Positions 1 to 12,886 of a stretch of DNA of 64,000 nucleotides are shown in pieces (positions within the stretch are counted from its first letter, which is position 1; the number at the start of each line of letters is the position of its first letter). The DNA is from Hydrolagus affinis (lineage: Eukaryota): NCBI GenBank assembly GCA_012026655.1, contig JAAILG010000135.1, forward strand, positions 62,001-126,000, written 5' to 3'. Under the pieces are notes generated by a model. It was not told the origin of the DNA. It did not search any database and saw only the letters and a list, made by a program, of their open reading frames with translations. A program made the position numbers and the translations under genes.

Positions 1-224
1 AACGGGAAAGTAAAGTAATCCTGAAAAAAAAATGGGGAGAATTGTTGATGCTGGTATTCTGTGTTCAGAGAAAACAGAGATGTTTCCTGTTTGATTGGGC
101 TACTCCTGTGCTAGTTATCCAATGGTGAATAAACATTGCTAGAAAGCATAATGCTTTTGTGGAAACGACACTTTCACTGTATCCCTGATATTCTGAATTC
201 TAATCCTTTATTTTACTCTTTTAG

Positions 225-284
225 GATAATCGGATCAGCCTTGTGGATTACGTTGTATCCTATTATTTGCACAACTGTGACAAG
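225..284 (+). CDS. FMN1: Formin-1 internal coding exon (FH2 domain), DNRISLVDYVVSYYLHNCDK
   Basis: Polypyrimidine tract and AG at 223-224, GTAATT donor at 285; 60 bp, phase 0/0; resembles recalled human FMN1 [20 protein letters not shown]. Confidence 0.93.
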
Positions 285-650
285 GTAATTGATGGATCTT
301 CAGCCAAGTTTTAGAAGGTTCTGTGACCACTAAAGCTCCTCTTGTTTTACAGTTTTCAAACTGGATTTCCTTTCTCAGTACTGTATGTCCAACTGTTGCT
401 TTGTCTTTTTATTTTCGTCCTTAAATAAATGTAAACGATTACTAGTGCCCGAGGAAGATAGCCTAATGAATAATACATCAAATTAGCCCTAATGTAAATC
501 AAAGCAGATTTTAGTTTTTTTTTAATGGGCAGCAGTTTGGGCAATAGTTGGACCCGTTTTGAACCATTTCACTTTTAGAACAAATGATGTGTCCTTAATT
601 TTCCTTTGTCAAAGCTGAACAGTGAGAGTTTCTTTATTAATCTGTAACAG

Positions 651-771
651 GATGCAGGAACAGACAAGAGTGTGTATCCTTTGCCAGAACCACAGAACTT
701 CCTCCTGGCTTCCCAAGTTAAGTTTGAAGATCTTACGAAGGAACTTAGAAAGTTGAAAAGAGACCTTGAAG
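651..771 (+). CDS. FMN1: Formin-1 internal coding exon, [40 protein letters not shown]
   Basis: CAG acceptor ending at 650, GTACGT donor at 772; 121 bp, phase 0/1; [15 protein letters not shown] is characteristic of FMN1. Confidence 0.96.
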
Positions 772-2496
772 GTACGTATCGAACCTTTTTAAAACATATA
801 ATAGAAGGCATAGTTACTTGTTGTAACGAGTATATAAAGGAGATTGAACAGGATGTCCCCATGATATCTAAGGATAAAACAACAAAATCCTACCCAGTAA
901 AGCCCACTAAATGCAGATATATTTTAGTTGAGTAATGTTCATACTACATCATAATTATTATGAAAGAGCTAGAAATAGGGTAGTGTATCTAAACTGTTTA
1001 TTGCTGTGATTTCAAATTAAAAGCTTGCAGCTTCAAGACAAAAATGTTTACATTCGATGCCCACTTAAAAACAAACATATATTTCAGCAAAGTAAGCACT
1101 TCCTAGCTTTTAGTAGTACAAGTCATTTATGAACGAGTACATATTTAAGTGCTCCAAGACGCTACATCACATGAAGAGCGCTCTACAAATGCGAGTTGTC
1201 ATTGTTGCATTCAATAAAACTGAAAAGGCAGTTTTATTGGAGAAGATTCTATCGAATCCTGGAGGTCAACAGTGGTAGGAAAGTATCAGTTGTTATTTAT
1301 TCAACCTGGGCACACAGGATACTCTTCTTTTTGCATCCCTTGGCTCCTACAGAACCCTTGGCCTGCCCTCTCTACTGCTAGTTTGTGAAGAAACTTGATC
1401 TCTGTTTGATCTCCTCTGCCTTGTCAGCAGGTTTCCAACATCGAGTCCAGCTACTGTGTCATTCCGACCTACATGTATGCACCTTCCATAATAAATTATA
1501 AATGAAAAAGAAAACTAAAGGCCTTAATTGATAAAACGCTTTGGCTTGTAGCTAAATGTGTTTTAAACCTTTGTTTTGAATTAGCCTCGGTAATTGCAAA
1601 TGCAGCATCATTTACTTTTTTTCAAATAAGAAAAATAATTCTAGAAAAATTGAACGAGAACTACAAAAGTTTTAATTAGCAAATTTGGACTTATTTGTAT
1701 TCACATGTTGTGTAAATAATCCAAAATTGGACCCAGATTTAAGTTTAGTTTAGTGTATAATTTCCACACTTTACAATCATTTTAATTTATTGTGGCCATT
1801 AAAGGGCTGTGGCTGCTGGCAAAATATCAGTGAAAGTCTAAAGCTAAACCAGATGTCACTAGAGACTGACTCCCAAGAAGCATCGGGCTCGGCTATCCAG
1901 ACAGACCCACTGGCCTCAGATGTGAATGATTTGAGTAATATTAACTAGTGTTGCCTGTATTACAGGGCGCATAAGATTTATATTATGGTTTAGTGCTATG
2001 GGTAGTTTGCGTGTCAACTCAATATAAACGTTCCTTTAAGTGTTACGAGAAAGAATTGTAAGCAGTTTTTCTCACAGGCAAGAGGATTGTTTCCAGGCTC
2101 CGGAATTGTGTATCTTTTTCTTCCTAAGAATATGCTTTTTTTTCACAGAAAATTCAAATGAATAATAATCCTTGCATTTAAGTTACGACAGTTTAAGCTA
2201 ATTTAAACCAGTGATAAGCTTATCCTTGCTATTCATTTTCTTTATAAAGCGGTATTTAAATAGAAAATGAAAGCATTCTGCATCAATGTTGGTTACGGAA
2301 CAAATTACATATGGACACTTTGCTTTGTTTTTTATTTTGTATGCTGTTATAATAATAAACCTTGCAATTGATATACCACCCTTCATGTCAGGAGAATGTT
2401 CAAGGTAAAATGTAAGGATATGAAATGTCGCAAAGCGCTTCACCTGATTCATTGGAAACTGTCATGATTCTGTAGTTTTGCGAGCAAGCAAACTTA

Positions 2497-2607
2497 TAAT
2501 AAGAATCCTTGCATTTGAATGTAGAGCTTTTCATGTCTTCTAGACGTCTTAATGCACTTTACAGAATAAAGTGAATTCACTGTACAGTATATTTGTGGGC
2601 AAACGTA
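2497..2607 (-). mobile_element. 3' fragment of tRNA/Deu-like SINE
   Basis: Reverse complement of the tail ...gagacgtctagaagacgtgaaaagcgctatatcaaatgcaaggattattatt seen in the fuller copy at 30309-30602. Confidence 0.75.
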
Positions 2608-2957
2608 TTTAGTTTCAAACTTCATTATTAATTTATTTGCATTTTAGCATTGCATGACCTGCTAATAATGCATTAATTCTATCCCACTGAAATCTCTTGT
2701 GGAGGTCAGATAGAGTAAATAGTATTTTCTATCTTCTCTTAACTGAACCTTTATCTCTTCCATAAAGAGAGGAGCATCCCATATTATTTCTGTTTGGAAT
2801 AAAATTACTCACTCTGTCAGTCTGAAAATTCCATTTTAAAAATCACGTCACCAAACCATCCTTTTGCCTACCAAGGGTAGAATTGCTAACTCAAGGTGTT
2901 TGTTGCATGGAAAGAGGGAAACCGACACCAGGTACTGGGAACCCAAAGAATCTCCAA

Positions 2958-3066
2958 ACTGGCTGCCACAAAATACAGTCATTCCACTTCACAGTATATA
3001 CTGTGAAACGCTTTGAGACATCTCAACGACATAATAAGGTTCTACATCAAATGCAAAGATTATTAA
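2958..3066 (+). mobile_element. 3' fragment of tRNA/Deu-like SINE
   Basis: ggctgccacaaaatacagtc...gctttgagacatctc...atcaaatgcaaagattatt family tail. Confidence 0.75.
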
Positions 3067-3324
3067 CATTTCTGATCTTTAATTAGACCATTTCTGATAG
3101 CAGTGACCATTACAATAATGCCGACGAACAACTTTCCCTGTCACTGTGGCTCTGTTTCCTTTCTTGTCTTCATAAAAATTCTGTTCATTTCTTAGCATGG
3201 AAGCTGACTTCCTAATTCCAGATAACTTCAGGTGTCTCATTTCATTATAATTTTTGCTTAGGTCAGAACCAGAATGAAATTGAGGGAACCCTCTAAATAA
3301 AGAAATCTAAACATATATCTTTTG

Positions 3325-3480
3325 GATTTGATATAGTGTCTTATCACTTTGAGACGTCTCAAAGCACTTCACAGAATATACTGTAATGTGTTTTGACTGT
3401 AATGTTTTGTGGGCGAAACGTGGCAGCCAATTGCGCACAGCAGTTTCCCACAAACAGTGGTGGGTTGAGTGACCAAATTC
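3325..3480 (-). mobile_element. 3' half of tRNA/Deu-like SINE
   Basis: gtggcagccaattgcgcacagcag..cccacaaacag is the reverse complement of the family core. Confidence 0.8.
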
Positions 3481-6400
3481 TTATATATCTAATGAGGAGT
3501 AAGGGAGTTAGCTCTATGATCCTCACAGAGAGAGAAAACATATTCACAGTAACATTTTTAAGAGACAATGAAACAACAAAGCAGCATCCTAGAGAACTCA
3601 TCCACCGTCCAGCTGGTTTCTATAGTTTGGACACCAAATAATAGAAAGGAATCATTTAAATGAATGAAACAGATAGAAGTAGAGATTCACATTATGAATG
3701 CTAATATTCTGATTGTGATTTCACAAAAGGTGGTTGTGCAATTGCCAACACTTGCCAAATCAACACACATTTTGAAGTGTTTGGCTTACCAGTGTTCTCA
3801 TTGAGGCATTTAATTCCATGGTATAAACTGATGATAGCAATGGCCTTATTGACAGGTTTACAAGTGTCCATGGTGTTTAACACAAGCACTCATCTGGTGT
3901 CAAAAGCTTCTCCAATAGTCTCGACGTCTGTGTGATGAAATTAAATAAGTTTATTTTTCATTTGGTTCTCACAAATGCATCATATTTGGTGCAACATTTA
4001 TATTCGTACCATAGGTCTAATGCCCGTGGACTGATTTTAACTTTGGTTGTGGTATTTTTTTAAGCATCTAAGCTGTGATGATTGCAGTGTCAGAGAATAA
4101 AAACTGGGGATGCTTGGTGATTGACACCATAATCCACCTCACACATGGGTATAACTAATGATGATGGTCGAGCCTTTGACAGGTTTACAAGTGTCCATGG
4201 TGTTTAACACAAGTTCAGCAACCATTTCTCTTGTGGACTGTGGGTACAGTGAACTTTGCCAACATCTGCAGTACATATTAAACCTTTTTTTTAATTGTAT
4301 GCCACTACCTTGAAATGCATTTGTGAAGTCTTACAGACAGCTTCATGAATCCAACTAATCTATTGAGAATTAGTAGTCATGTGTTGCCCTTGATTTTTTT
4401 CCCTCTATATGTTTTGTCTTTCATTTTATTTTATTCTACCAGACATACAAAAGAATCAAAACAAATTTCTAGTACATGTTTATGCTAACAGAAGAACGCA
4501 CAGAATGATAGACTATTCATTGTTCGGGATAGTCAAAAGAAAGTAGCCTTGTTAAGTTGTGGTGCAGAAATCCTTTTGTCAATGCTCAAGGAGTTAGCTG
4601 ATCTCATCTACCAAAATAAATGATGTGTTATCAATGCTGATCAACTTCTTTAAAGTTTCAAAACAGTGGTCATGTATGCTTCTTTTATGCTTCTTTGCAT
4701 TGGGACTTGCCAGAGATGTATTGTTCTTACATTGATAAAACCTGAACTGGCGCCTGACAAGTTGGATTTCCGGATTTTGTGATGTTAAGGATCTTTCAAG
4801 TTAAGTTTCTCAGAACAAAAAATATTGCACAATCATCAGTACTGTAAGATAGCAATAATATTTATTTGGCAGTGCATCTCCTTACAGTAAACAGTTTTCC
4901 CATCCTGATTATTCTGATTAAAGATTTTCTTTGCATGTCTGTCTATGTTACCAGTTCTTCATTCAGTGTAAGTGCCTGTTTTTCTTTTTTTGCTTTGAAA
5001 TTATCATGAAGAAAATCCCCATAATTGCAGATAACATCTTATCAAACCGTTCTAGTTTTGAGATCCTCTGATTTTTTTGAATATGTACTAAAAAAAAACC
5101 TCAACCCAAACATTTTAATTTGAAAAACAAACTCAATCACTATTTATTTAGTGTACGTGTCAAGAAATAATCAAATGATATTTTCTGCCAATGCTGGCAG
5201 GTTGTTAGATGTTACTAAATCAATAACCGTACAAATGCAGGCATGTATTTATGTAATGCATGCACAGACATTTCATTCTTAGTTTGTACAATAACTGTAC
5301 TGTTGGCTTTGTAATGCTGATAGGCCTTGCCCTCTGGATTGTGCCTAAGATAATGGGTGTATTATGTCTGCTGCTGGAGACAGGTTCTTGAGCATTTTCT
5401 GATTATAGCAAAATTAGAGGAAGCACAGAGAACAGCGAAAGTGTCGAACATTTATAGGCTGAAAGTGATGTTTGACAGCTTGCATTTCATCAAAGAGGGA
5501 AACGCAGTGGAAAATTTTGTATTCACACACCGTATGTCATTGTGTTAACAGCAACTTTCCGGGTGGAATAGGAAATGACGGGATTGTCCACAATATTTGT
5601 TAAGAATTCTGAGAAAAAATTGGGATAATAATAAAAATTCTTGCGTCTGATAGAGCGCCTTGCATGACAGGAGGATGTGCAAAGCACTGCATAGGATTCT
5701 CTGTAACGTGTAGTGTCTGTGCATTTCGTAGTTGAAAGCTGGTTTTCTTTGCATAATTCGTATGTCCTTCCACTCCAATGTGCATCCTCCCTCCTCTTTG
5801 TATGGTTTCCATCCCAAACAACTCTGCTGTGGCTTCTTCTGAGAGGGGCAGTTGTGTTCAGATTCACCATCTGTTACTCTCTTTTCCCTCCAACTTGCCC
5901 TTTAGTTGGGCACTAATTCTTTCTTAAAACGTAGGAGCTATGGGGATTGACAATGAGCGCTGTGGCCCACGCATAATGTTGCTATACTCCCTCTTCCCTC
6001 ATTATGACTTTCATAATTCCTCCATACTCTCAGTTATTACCTACCTCCCTCCCTCTCAATTTGGTAGATGGGTTATTTTTAAGATCTCCAGAAAACTGTT
6101 TTTCCAAATTAAAACATAATTTTCCACAATTCTAGTGGAATCATTCACAGCGGTAAAACTTTCCAAAATATGCACAAAGATCTGTCTACCTCCTGCACAA
6201 AGTTTTGCCTCTTTTACCTTTGTGTATTTTTTTTCAAAGTCATATAGTTTTTCTTCTGCACCATTTCCAGGCCCTCCTTGTAGCATAAACATCATTGACC
6301 ATGTAGTTTCACCCTTGGTACTACCTTAGCATGTCGGCCGCTGACCTCCCCGTTGGAAAAGTGACAGTATTACTCCATTACTGAGTCTTTCAGGACTTTG

Positions 6401-6789
6401 AGGGCCTCATTTGAAACTAAGCTATTACGAATTTGCTGTTCAGCAATTTCCTTCTTTGATCTCCCCAATCCACAGCTGTCTTTGGAGTCGTTTTTGAATT
6501 TTGCACCACTCTGTCAGCTCATTAGCTGCTGTAGAACAAGGGATTCATCATTGTTTCTGGTGCATACTTACTGGCTCTGACATTTGCATTGGCGCAAATT
6601 AAATCACATTTCTCACAAATAAAACTTCTAAATGTGATCCTGTTAAAATATTTGTGAAATGGCCTTCACTTTGAACTACTATGAATAATGCAATGTTGTG
6701 CCAACTAGAGCTTGGCAATTGAAAAGAAACACTTTCAAACAAATGTATTTCTTGTAATACTAGAAATTGATTGTGGAGTTTCTTGGGGT

Positions 6790-7702
6790 CTGCTGTCAAA
6801 TGCGAAGTCCTGGATGAGAGCTAACTTTCTGCGGTACGGTGTCACATACCACAGGCTGCTAGGACCCTCACACGCACATCCATAATAGGTATGGGTTAGG
6901 CTTGACTATGCAAACTCGCTGCTTGTCGGCCTCCCGAACTCCCCCCCTGCATAGGCCCTCCTGATTGGCTCCCGTCAGTACCTTCATACCTCATGCGCTG
7001 ACAACATCACTGTCTCACACTTCACCTCACTGAGCCGCTCCGGAGCCTTGGTGTCTTGTTTGATGCTCAACTATTCTTTCTACCCCACATCCGTGCCATG
7101 ACGTGCTCTGCCTTCCCTCACTTCCGCAACATCCGCCCGCTCCATAGTGCCAGTGTCACATACCACAGGCTGCCAAGACCCACATACACACATCCATAAT
7201 AGGTGTGGGTTAGGCTTGACTATGCAAAGTCACTGCTTGTCGGCCTCCCGAACTCCCCCCCACCCCCTCCATAGGCTGCAGATCAGAAATCTGCAGCCAT
7301 ATCCTCTCCTGCACCAGGCTCCATGTCCCTATCATCCCTATTCTTGCTCGACTCCACTGGCTTCCCATCACACAAAAGATACAGTATAAGATCCTGATCC
7401 TCACCTTCAAAGACCTTCATGGCCTTGATCCATCCTGCCCCTGCAACCTCCTGCCCGCTCCCTCTGCTCATTGATGTCTCCAGCCTGCTTCATTTCCTCC
7501 ACCTTGCCTGCTTCACCATTGGTGGGTGGGCCTTCAACTCTGCCCCCACCTTCTGGACTCCATCCCACAGTCCCTCCCTTGTATCCCTTGCCTCCTTCAA
7601 GACTCTCCCGACCCCCAGCTTGAGTCCAAAACACTGATTCTCCAGTGCCTTAGGACGTCCTCCCAACATGAAAGATGCTGTAGAAATGTAAATTTGTTGT
7701 TC
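6790..7702 (+). mobile_element. L2-clade LINE 3' fragment (degenerate RT C-terminus and tail) with internal duplication
   Basis: Broken frames give LSNAKSWMRANFL, LGVLFDAQLFFLPHIRA, RLDYA.SLLVGLP and LARLHWLPITQKIQYKILILTFK; ends in ggacgtcctcccaacatgaaagatgctgtagaaatgtaaatttgttgtt. Confidence 0.88.
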
Positions 7703-8024
7703 TCTTCAATATCTATAATTTGCTTCTGCTTGAGTGAGAGGAAATACCATAATAGTATACTTTGCGGTGCCTACTGCAATTACCAATTTGTACCATCTGA
7801 TTTTGGTTCACCATCTTTGAAACACTGCCACTGTTAGCCAGTACAATAATACAAATTGGAACATAAATTTAAAGTGTGGTTTGCATGGTTTCAACTTCTG
7901 CATCCATGAGTCCTAAAAAAAATAGTTTTAGCATTGTTACTCGCAAATTGCTGTGGGATATCTGGCAATCACCTGAAGCAAATGACGTTCGGCACAGTGG
8001 GAGATACTATTCAGAGTCTGCTTT

Positions 8025-8320
8025 TAATAATAATAATAATCCTTACATTTGCTGTAGCGCATTTCATGTCTTCTAGTCATCTCAGGGTCAGATTTTACTG
8101 TAAAGTAAATTGATTGTATACTTGTGTGCAAAATGCAGCAGCCAATTTTATGCAGCGCTGTTCCACAAACAGTGTGGATTAAAGTGACCGATTTTATTCT
8201 TTTTTTTTCTTGAGGGATTATTGTCAGGTGTGTGGAGTAAGGAAACTTGCCCATGGTTTTGCTCTGCCAGGTAGCAAATCCAAGTCTCTCTCTTGCAAGT
8301 GCTTTCACCACTGAGCTCCT
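8025..8320 (-). mobile_element. Near full-length tRNA/Deu-like SINE
   Basis: (AAT)n tail at 8025-8040, family core, reverse tRNA-like head (agctcagtggtgaaagcacttgc). Confidence 0.85.
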
Positions 8321-10409
8321 CGTTTTTTAACCATAGTTAAGCAAGCAGCCATTTTAGAATACAAGTTAACTGGAGAGGACAGGAAAAGCAATATTGTATA
8401 TGGATCCTATTTTAAAATGTATTAGCTTGTATAAAGCCTGTTTCAGTCTTTAGGTATTTAATGTTGTCGTATATTAACATTGAGTATTGAATCTTGCCAC
8501 GTAGTAATACTGAGTAGTGCACTTGGCTTGCACACTAGATTTGAAAGCCTTCAGCAATTGAAATTTTGCACAACCTCTGTTAGACACAACATTTTTCAGC
8601 AAAGCAACATAGGTCGAAGAATAGAGGCACAAAAATGCTTAACTATAAATGTATTGTAATAATTGTGAATTTATAAACCAATAAGCTTGCATTAGTTTAA
8701 CCATAGCATGTGGTTGCTACTCTAAATTCAGTGCAAAACTGAAAGGGTATTAGAACACCTAGACCATTCACAGGATTGTAGCTATATAATATGCTCCCAT
8801 TTCTTTTCTGTTTCATTTACAATCTGTAACTGATTAACCAGGCTATGTGTGTAATTTTCTTTGTAAAATGAGTGTGAAAAACATTGCAGATAAACGATTG
8901 AACAGGCATACACAAAGTTACATAGTGTAATTAGGATGCAGTAAAGATACAAAATCTGGTCTTTCGCAGGCCAGGTTGGTGGTCATTTAATCTACCTGTG
9001 TTAAAAGCGAGGTGAACACATGGGAAAAGTTAACTCAGCATTGGAGCTATATGGAGGTTATGAAGTTTTAAAATTTTTGTCACGCGATATAATCGGAAAA
9101 TATAGCAAGGGAGAATGTGAACACTGCTGCTAAATCGTTAACCTGGGCACTGCATGTAGGTAGTCATTCTGGAGCCACGTGCTTGTGATGCATTGTGTCA
9201 GTATTCCTACATGGGCTGTTTTAATTATGCTCAGACCCTGGTATACTAATCCTGCTCTGTAGGGGGTAGGCACCATCTTCACTCTGATAGGCACACAGGG
9301 GAAATCATAAATACCTTAGAAACCTACCATGATGTGAAATCTATCCGTTGCCGTGGCAACGCAAGACAGGGGCTGCATAATTTCAACATTTTATGACCTC
9401 AGTTTATTGGGTGTGAGAAAATATAATGTTGTGGTGCAAGAAGACAGTGTTCAAGGTTTAACTATGGTCATTTTGAAGGTGCTAAGGAAAACCATGAGGC
9501 CTGCAAGGATTTGCTACTGTAGCGCTCCTATCTGCCTAAGTGTGAGTGCGTGTTTGCAACTATGATGGATAACGGCTGAAACATATCGTCTTTATGGTTG
9601 AAATTTAGTGAAATGTCAGATTAATGGGATATATAAAAAAAACTATGGATTAAATTTTTCAAAATGTTATGAGAATGTTTACACAATTTACTTAATAAGA
9701 TCCCTACGGCTTGGATTGGATGTGCAAACAGAATAAGTTCAATTGTGTGCTTTTTTGTTCAACCCGCAGCGAGATGTTTACTTAACATGGTCTGGCGCTT
9801 GTCCGCTTTGTTCAAAAGAATATTAGGGTAAAGAAAAAAAAGGCTTACCAGACTTGGTTGGAGCTCAGTGGTGAAAACTATGAACAAATCAGTTTTACTA
9901 TCAGTTGAGGTTTATGGTTCTGTTCTGATGAAAAGCTTGCATTTTTGTTCATTAAAACTGTGGCAAATCTGTTAGCGTCTGTTTTTTAAGCATCTCTGGA
10001 GAAAATTGGCATTGCTGACCTTTTGGATTTGTGTTATGCTTACAATGTGTGATAATATGAGGCCCATGAATACCATCTCTGAAACTTGGCTGGATATAGT
10101 CGTATTATACATTCAGATGCATCTGTATATACACATGATGCAATTGATGTATTGATGTGAAAACATTCAAATAGATTTATAGACCTGCAAATTATTAAGC
10201 ACTTGCTATGGGAAGAAATTCCACCGGCATTTAAATTTACGCTATTTATGAGGCTTTTCAGAGCTTCCAAGAAAATGGCAAATTGTTGAATTCAGTCTTA
10301 ACTTTGAAGGCATTTTTCTGTGATTCTTAAAGGAACCTTCGTTCAAAATTAAGATTGTGTTTAAGAATTTGCCATGATATGCTGGATAGATTTAGCAACT
10401 TTCACCAAA

Positions 10410-10570
10410 TGAGACTGGGAGAAACTTTCTTCTATTTTCAGATAGCACCATGGGATCTTTAACTTTCGCCTGAACAGGCAGGTGGGACCTTGGGTTAACA
10501 TCTCATCTGTAATACAACACCTTCAACTATCCAATGGTTTCCTAGCACTGCAATGGAATGTCAGTCTAGA
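10410..10570 (-). mobile_element. Older Deu-type SINE fragment (SacSINE1/AmnSINE-like)
   Basis: ccatgggatctttaac...ttaacatctcatctg...gcactgcaatggaatgtcagtctaga resembles the reverse of 23709-23960; family name from recall. Confidence 0.55.
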
Positions 10571-11560
10571 CCGTGAATTCAAAGTCCCATCTCATAACTT
10601 CGGAATTGTCAGGAAGTAAACATTTAAAATAAGCATGTAGGGATAATCCTTGCCCAGGGTATAATGTAATCTTCTGTTAATCCATTCTATTCTTCTATGG
10701 TGTGCATTGTTGTTTCACATTCCCTGCATTACGAGATTTCCATTTTGCGTGATATCCAGAATCAATCTTTTTGCTCCATATTGTCTGTTGATCATCTCCT
10801 GAGGTGAGCCCAGCGAAAGCATTTGTTTTCACATTAATAAGGGCAGTGAATGTCAGTAGCCTATTCAGCATTCGAGTGTGTCGGAGCCGAGCAATTAAAA
10901 GTAGAAACCATGACTGATTGCAGAAAGCATCAGTGTTTTTAAGAGGATACATGAGAGAGAAGTAAAGGAGCATGTGAGGAGGGATTTAGTATAGATGGTA
11001 GCTAATGTGGAATATAACATGGGCACAGACAGTTGGACTGAATGGCATATTAGGTTACTGTATGGTCTGTATAATTCTATATAGATATTTGGCACAAAAA
11101 TGTATATATACAATCAATAGCTATACAGTATGAATGATTTACATTGAGTGATTGAACTAATATCACTGTAATAGGATTTTAAGCCAAGAAATACAAAGCT
11201 AAAAGAATATTTGAAGGTATTTTGTGTAGAGTAAATAATAACATTCATGATGGATTGATTATATTTACAGCCGTTATAACAAAAAGTGTGTTTTCTGTCT
11301 CATCTTACAGAAATGTTTGTATTGCAATAACCTTGTAAATTGCTAGGTCATCTGTGTTCATAGGGGAATACTGTTGGATTGTCGAGTAGTAATGAGACGT
11401 GTTTTAAATATAGCATGGTTGATTTTTGGCTGCAGGTTTGATTTTTTTTAGGCTTTTGTTGAACATACTTTAATCATTATTCATGTGATTCAGAGCAAAT
11501 CTGACAAATGATTGTGTTTTGAAAACTAATAGCTATTGGTGAAATCCATATTTTTTCCAG

Positions 11561-11653
11561 AATGTGAGAAAAAAACAAAACTTGTTTGCCAGCAGTCGCC
11601 AGATACATTAGTCCAACCGTTCAAGGAAAAAATGGAAGCGTTTATTGAAAGTG
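11561..11653 (+). CDS. FMN1: Formin-1 internal coding exon, (E)CEKKTKLVCQQSPDTLVQPFKEKMEAFIES
   Basis: ttttttccag acceptor, GTGAGT donor at 11654; 93 bp, phase 1/1 compatible with both neighbours; QPFKEKME matches the formin LQPFKDKLE motif. Confidence 0.93.
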
Positions 11654-12886
11654 GTGAGTAACATTCTTGTAGCATTTTTATCTCTTACCTGCCTTAAACC
11701 ACATTCCTTGATCTCACAATATTGGGTTAAATCACACAGCTCGTTAGGGCGTCTCCCATATTAGGCGCTGAATTCTCTTTTTAGTTTTGTCTTGGAATTG
11801 GTTCAGAATGATTTTGTTTGATATGTTTCCTGCTGAAAAAATGATGTGTGAGCATCAAACTGTGAGGCTTTGTTTATGGTGTTTTAATCAAATTCATCTT
11901 AACTCATCGTTAGCAATCAATTCAAGTGCTCTCATTTTAGCTTTTGAAAAAAAATCAATGGAAGTATTGCATAATACATTGGTGGTGGGGGTGGGGGAGG
12001 ATGGAGAGGTATTATGGTATCCAAAACTACTAAAACTTTGCTCTCATGGTTTACGACGACATCTGAACCCCTTGATTAAATTACGGTCTTATTACTCAGT
12101 GCAGCCATGCATAATTGTATGTGTTGTTCTGCTCATTGTGGCCGTCAGTCTGCAAAGATATATGATACCGTGTCTCCAATACCTTGTTTAATCTATACTT
12201 CATTGGCTCTAACATGAATCAGCAAAGACTGTAACTCTTAGTACATAATTGATTGGGCAATTGATTTTCATTCCTTCTTTACCCAGGAAAATGTTCCTTT
12301 GTTTAATGTTGGATTGCTTGTCTAATGTCCTTATCCAATTGTTCAGCTAGTTCATGTACTGATATTTTTATGTGAACTAAATGTTGCAAAGCACACTGAA
12401 TTGATTCCCCCCACCTCTCTCCTCCGCCCCCTCCCTACCATGCATACACATGAATGTGCCATTACCAACCCAAGTGCTGAAATTGTACTGCTTCCCCATT
12501 TTACTAAAATACTAAGTTGTCTAGATCATTAGAAAACATTTTTTTCACATGAAAGTGGCTGAATTTGAGTACAGAGTATGTCTTCATTTGCAAAAGAAAA
12601 AAGAAAATTAATTTTCCTTGAAAAATGCTTCCCACTGACTTTGGTGTTTTTAAAACTTTGTTTGTATTCCTAAAAATATGGCTTAAATATCATTCAAACC
12701 AAAAGTAAAACAAGCAAACTTCAAATACCATAACCACAACAAGTGTCAGCAGCGAGATCAGATTCACAGTATTAATCATCCTGATGGGGATTATGGAGTC
12801 ATCGCCATGTTGTTTTTGGAGTGTGCACAACCATTTAGTTGCATTCTCGTGTTTCCAGGCAAACCAATATTATCTTTTATATTGGG

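Noticed and set aside
672-935. 87-aa ORF as a standalone gene
   Set aside because: It is the 651-771 FMN1 exon read through a GT donor into intron; formin similarity stops at the splice site.
4158-4250. C/D-box snoRNA (ATGATGA C-box-like word before the duplicated 38-mer)
   Set aside because: No CTGA D box at a suitable distance and no terminal stem.
11787-12191. 134-aa ORF (likewise 138 aa at 19707-20123 and 129 aa at 50630-51019)
   Set aside because: No recognisable domain or splice context; non-ATG starts or repeat/low-complexity origin; lengths expected by chance.
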